From Burkholderiales bacterium (lineage in GTDB: Bacteria; Pseudomonadota; Gammaproteobacteria; Burkholderiales; Burkholderiaceae_C): a DNA stretch of 55,516 nucleotides. The notes below the pieces were generated by a model. The model ran no database searches and was not told where the DNA came from. It worked only from the letters and a program-made list of their open reading frames with translations. A program made the position numbers and the translations under genes. Each line of letters begins with the position of its first letter. Position 1 is the first letter of the stretch. Shown one piece after another: positions 51,535-55,516 of this stretch. The DNA lies in assembly GCA_005789825.1 (NCBI GenBank), contig SXWY01000069.1, positions 1 to 55,516 of the forward strand. The letters run 5' to 3'.

Positions 51535-52811
51535 GGCTTGCTCCCTGCGCCGGCCAGATCGGCTTGAACTTGGTCCCAGACCCCCATGAACCGTTTGCGT
51601 TGCCATTCAAACAAGCCCAAGCCTGCCAGCAACAAACTGCCTGCAAACCACCAGTGGCTGGCGGCATGCGTGTCTAAAGTGATACCTGCAAACACCAACT
51701 GAGAACTCATGGCAGCATTGAGTTGCAAGTGATAAACCATCTCAATCAATGCACTCGCACCCGCCAGCATCAATAAACCGGACAGGAGTAAACCCACATA
51801 GCCATTGAACAATCGGCCGAAAGCACCCGCTTTGAATATGCGCAAGTTGACCATGATCAATGCAGCAAAACCGCCGGGGGCGTACACCACCATGAAAAGA
51901 AATACGAATCCCAGATAAAGCAGCCAGGCCTTGGTCAATTCAGACAACAATACAAAAGCCAACACCATCAAAATGCCACCCAGCACTGGCCCGAAAAAGA
52001 AGGTTGCGCCACCCAAGAAAGTGAACAGCAAATATGCGCCTGATCGGGCTGGGCCAACCACTTCGGCCGTGACGATTTCAAAATTGAGCGCACCCAAACC
52101 ACCTGCGATGCCCGCAAAAAAACCTGCAATGATGAATGCACGGTAACGCACCTGCTGGGTGTTGTAACCAATGAATTCCACACGTTCAGGGTTGTCGCGA
52201 ACGGCGTTCAAGATGCGGCCCAAAGGGGTTTGTGTCAATGCATACAACAAAACCATGCTGACAAAAGTGTAGAGCGCAATCAGGTAGTACACCTGGCGTT
52301 GCGGGCCAAAATTGATACCCATGACCGCTTCGCCCACGACCCGGTTACCCGACACCCCAGCCTCACCGCCAAAAAATTCAGAAAACATCAGAGACATGGC
52401 AAACACCAACTCCGCCATGCCCAATGTGATCATGGAGAACGTGGTCCCAGATTTGCGCGTGGTGACAAAACCCAATAAAACGGCAAAGCCCATGCCGGCC
52501 AAACCACCCACCAAGGGCAGCACAGAGACGGGCAAATAAAAACTGCCCTGCCCGACCATGTTGAGCGCATGGATAGTGAAATAACTGCCCATGCCGCTGT
52601 AGACCGCATGACCAAAACTCAGCATGCCGCCTTGACCCAACAAGATGTTGTAAGACAGGCAAGCGATGATGGCGATGCCCATTTGCGACATCATGGTCAT
52701 CGATAAATTGCTGGTGAACACCCAAGGCGCCAATACCAGCAACATGGCAAACAGCCCCCAAACCCATTGGTCAGATGAAACCACAGAGGATTTGCTAACC
52801 AGGTCAGACAT
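51531..52811 (-). CDS. Liv-type ABC transporter permease (LivM-like)
   Basis: LSFGHA, GRILNAVRDN and multiple TM helices. Confidence 0.9.
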   Translation of the reverse strand: MSDLVSKSSVVSSDQWVWGLFAMLLVLAPWVFTSNLSMTMMSQMGIAIIACLSYNILLGQGGMLSFGHAVYSGMGSYFTIHALNMVGQGSFYLPVSVLPLVGGLAGMGFAVLLGFVTTRKSGTTFSMITLGMAELVFAMSLMFSEFFGGEAGVSGNRVVGEAVMGINFGPQRQVYYLIALYTFVSMVLLYALTQTPLGRILNAVRDNPERVEFIGYNTQQVRYRAFIIAGFFAGIAGGLGALNFEIVTAEVVGPARSGAYLLFTFLGGATFFFGPVLGGILMVLAFVLLSELTKAWLLYLGFVFLFMVVYAPGGFAALIMVNLRIFKAGAFGRLFNGYVGLLLSGLLMLAGASALIEMVYHLQLNAAMSSQLVFAGITLDTHAASHWWFAGSLLLAGLGLFEWQRKRFMGVWDQVQADLAGAGSKP

Positions 52812-53835
52812 CGCGCGTACCCAATAAGCCCCGTGGGCGGAAGATAAGAATCAACACAAGCAGCAAATAAGGCAGCACTGGAGCCGCTTGCGACACCGAC
52901 AGTTGCAGCATGGTGTTATTTTGTGCATTGGCAGACAGTTTGACACCCAAGTCGGAGAGGAACTGCAATATAGAGTAATCCACTGCAACAGCAAATGTTT
53001 GTATGACACCAATCAAAATAGATGCAAGGAACGCACCGCTGAGCGAACCCATGCCGCCCACCACCACCACCACAAAGATGACAGAACCAACCGTCGCTGC
53101 CATGGCGGGTTCGGTGATGAAAGTAAAGCCGCCAATCACACCCGCCAAGCCGGCCAAGCCAGTACCCATGGCAAAAACCAACATGAAAATACGCGGCACA
53201 TTGTGTCCCAAGGTTTCCACGGTTTCAGGGTGGGTAAGCGCAGCCTGAATAATCAAACCAGCTCGTGTGCGGGTCAGCACCCACCACAAGCTCACCACCA
53301 TCCCAATGGCAGTGAGCATGATGAAACCACGCGTCGCAGGAAAAGGTGAGCAGACAATCCGGACAGCAAGATCTGCCGGGGTACAAATGCCGCCTGCGGC
53401 ACCAGCCACCAGCGACAAACCCTCGGCAGAATGGTTGATCAGTGTGAACAATGGGCCTTGTAAGAAAGCAGGTGCAGTGAAATCAACCGCTACCCTGCCC
53501 CATACCAGCTGCACCACTTCCAACACCACGTAGGACAACCCGAAGGTGACCAGCAATTCAGAGACGTGGCCCATTTTGTGCACCCGCCGCAGCACCTGGC
53601 TTTCAAACAACGCGCCAGCGGCGCCGGTCAGCAGCGGCGCCAAGACAAGCGCCACCCAAAAACCCAAGACGCCACTCAAGGTGTAACCAAAATACGCGCC
53701 AAGCATGTAAAAGCTGGCGTGGGCGAAATTGAGCACACCCATCATGCTAAATATCAGGGTGAGACCTGAGCTCAACATGAACAGCAGCAAGCCGTAGCTC
53801 AAACCGTTCAACATGGAAATCACAAAAAATTCCAT
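52804..53835 (-). CDS. Liv-type ABC transporter permease (LivH-like)
   Basis: GLTLIFSMMGVLNFAH, VVVGGMGS and RPRGLLG motifs. Confidence 0.9.
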   Translation of the reverse strand: MEFFVISMLNGLSYGLLLFMLSSGLTLIFSMMGVLNFAHASFYMLGAYFGYTLSGVLGFWVALVLAPLLTGAAGALFESQVLRRVHKMGHVSELLVTFGLSYVVLEVVQLVWGRVAVDFTAPAFLQGPLFTLINHSAEGLSLVAGAAGGICTPADLAVRIVCSPFPATRGFIMLTAIGMVVSLWWVLTRTRAGLIIQAALTHPETVETLGHNVPRIFMLVFAMGTGLAGLAGVIGGFTFITEPAMAATVGSVIFVVVVVGGMGSLSGAFLASILIGVIQTFAVAVDYSILQFLSDLGVKLSANAQNNTMLQLSVSQAAPVLPYLLLVLILIFRPRGLLGTRDV

Positions 53836-53900
53836 GTCAGGCCCGCGCGTTTGGGTGAGAAGAGCGCCTGCAAGCAGACGGGTACAGCAAAAAAGTCACG

Positions 53901-55127
53901 TCAGGGCGTCTTCATTTGGCAGCTGGTAGGTGTGCTGGACACATAAGGCTCAAAGGTTTTGACCGGGGCCAATGTCATGCCAGTGTTCTCTGGGCTGTAA
54001 GGGTATTTTTTGTCAGCCTTTTGCCAAACAGTCACGTACAAAGTTTGCTGCAACTGGTGGTCAAGTTTGCGCATCTCCATGTCACCATTAAAGCCTTTGA
54101 ACTTGTACCCGTGCATGGCTGCCGCAACTTTGACCGGATCGGTGGATTTGGCTTGCGCCATGGCACCCGTGAGCACATCAAAAATACTGATCATGGAACC
54201 GGTGTACAAATCGTCTTTGAACTTGGCTTTGAAACCGTCTCGGTACTTGGCCATGGGACCGGTCATGTTGTAGTGGGCGTAGGCCACTTGGTACACCCGG
54301 CCTGCAGCGCCTTGGCCCAAAGCGGTTGGTGTGCCTGTGACACCTGTGTAGTAAGTGAAAAAGCGTCCTGTGTAGCCTGCTTCATTCGCGGCTTTGACCA
54401 ACAAGGCCAAGTCAGAACCCCAGTTGCCAGTGATGACCGAATCAGCTCCGGAGGCTTTGATTTTGGCAATGTATGGCGCGAAATCGCGAACTTGCGCCAG
54501 CGGGTGAAGGTCTTCGCCAACGATTTGTATGTCGGGGCGTTTGCGTGACAAGGTTTCTTTCGCGTATTTAACAACTTGCTGACCGTGAGAATAGTTTTGG
54601 TTGAGCAGGTAAATCTTTTTGACATCAGGCAGGTCTTTGATGAACGTTGTCAACGCTTCCATTTTCATGGATGTGTCCGCGTCAAAACGGAAATGCCAGT
54701 AACTGCATTTGTGGTTGGTCAAATCTGGGTCAACCGCTGAATGGTTCAGAAAAATGATTTCTTTACCGGGGTTGCGTTCGTTGTGCTTGTTGACAGCGTC
54801 TACCAAAGCACCCGCCACCGAGGATCCATTGCCTTGGGTGATGTAGCGCACCCCTTGGTCCATGGCCGCTTTGAGTTGGTTCAGACTTTCAGCAGGACTG
54901 AGCTTGTTGTCCATGCCAATGATTTCGAATTTCACCCCAGCCGCATTGCCCTTGTTGTACTCCTCTGCAAGGTATTGCAAGGTTTTGAGCTGGTTGGAGC
55001 CCACCGGTGCCATCAAACCCGAGAGTGGGTCTATCCAGGCAATCTTGACGGTTTCACCTTTTTGGGCATAAGACACCAAAGAAAAACCGCCCAATACCAA
55101 GGCCATAGCCAATTTGCGAAAAAGCAT
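53901..55127 (-). CDS. Liv-type ABC transporter substrate-binding protein (start 55127-55151)
   Basis: Signal peptide, VKIAWIDPLSG and DFAPYIAKIKAS; type I periplasmic binding protein. Confidence 0.88.
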   Translation of the reverse strand: MLFRKLAMALVLGGFSLVSYAQKGETVKIAWIDPLSGLMAPVGSNQLKTLQYLAEEYNKGNAAGVKFEIIGMDNKLSPAESLNQLKAAMDQGVRYITQGNGSSVAGALVDAVNKHNERNPGKEIIFLNHSAVDPDLTNHKCSYWHFRFDADTSMKMEALTTFIKDLPDVKKIYLLNQNYSHGQQVVKYAKETLSRKRPDIQIVGEDLHPLAQVRDFAPYIAKIKASGADSVITGNWGSDLALLVKAANEAGYTGRFFTYYTGVTGTPTALGQGAAGRVYQVAYAHYNMTGPMAKYRDGFKAKFKDDLYTGSMISIFDVLTGAMAQAKSTDPVKVAAAMHGYKFKGFNGDMEMRKLDHQLQQTLYVTVWQKADKKYPYSPENTGMTLAPVKTFEPYVSSTPTSCQMKTP

Positions 55128-55170
55128 TCTTTTCTCCTCATTCATAGACACTCAAGCCTAACGGATTTTC

Positions 55171-55196
55171 GGGTTGACCCTGCAAGGGTTAGCCCT
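55171..55196. promoter_or_regulatory. Tandem GGGTT-N2-CCCT boxes upstream of the substrate-binding protein gene
   Basis: GGGTTGACCCT (55171-81) and GGGTTAGCCCT (55186-96), 15 bp apart; each is quasi-palindromic. Confidence 0.4.
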
Positions 55197-55220
55197 AGAA
55201 ACCGTGACGACATTTGGGTT

Positions 55221-55516
55221 TCATGGGGGTAACTGATAGTCGGCAAGTTGTTCTCGCAAACGTGTTTTCAACATTTTTCCGGTGGCGCCCAAGGGAATGT
55301 TTTCAACGAACACCACATCATCAGGGATTTGCCATTTGGCAATTTTGCCCTCGTAAAACTTCAAGAGTTCGTCTCGGGTCACCGTGGCCGTGGGTTTTTT
55401 CACCACCACCACGATCGGCCTTTCGTCCCATTTGGGATGCGCCATACCGATACAAGCGGCCATGGCAACATCGGGATGGGCCATGGCGATATTTTCGACA
55501 TCGATGGAGCTGATCC
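55221..55516 (-). CDS. Acyl-CoA ligase C-terminus (AMP-binding family, DmdB/AlkK-like), truncated by window edge
   Basis: The frame runs to the window end (ISSIDVENIAMAHPDV); HPKWDERP, KWQIPDDV and the A10 motif GATGK are present. Confidence 0.88.
   Translation of the reverse strand, partial: ISSIDVENIAMAHPDVAMAACIGMAHPKWDERPIVVVVKKPTATVTRDELLKFYEGKIAKWQIPDDVVFVENIPLGATGKMLKTRLREQLADYQLPP

Overview
Gene-dense chromosomal window from a betaproteobacterium. Protein sequences and gene order suggest Comamonadaceae/Burkholderiales, possibly a streamlined freshwater lineage (inference). In order: rlmN(partial)-ispG-hisS-yfgM-bamB-der-hfq-hflX-hflK-hflC-hisZ-purA-PRTase-metC; mnmH(selU), tesA and an orphan ybbA-like ATPase; smpB-ratA-rnfH; guaB-[AT-rich MNT/HEPN toxin-antitoxin]-guaA-lpxO; metY and a CoA-binding protein; a co-directional run csp-infA paralog-Methyltransf_16-like methyltransferase-TadA::haloalkane-dehalogenase fusion-ldcA-ALDH-DUF3365 cytochrome; ankyrin, a PglL-like O-oligosaccharyltransferase, tatD-holB-tmk-mltG and ygfZ; then a long minus-strand fatty-acid/acyl-CoA catabolic cluster with a Liv-type ABC importer, ending in a partial acyl-CoA ligase. 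I found no rRNA, tRNA, CRISPR array, integrase or transposase. The three most notable observations: (1) TadA is fused to an HLD-I dehalogenase with an intact catalytic pentad; (2) a candidate cold-shock translation module combines Csp, a second IF-1 and a eukaryote-type protein methyltransferase; (3) in the HEPN-MNT pair, both the antitoxin catalytic Asp and the toxin AMPylation-acceptor Tyr are substituted. All calls come from motif recognition by eye; no searches were run.
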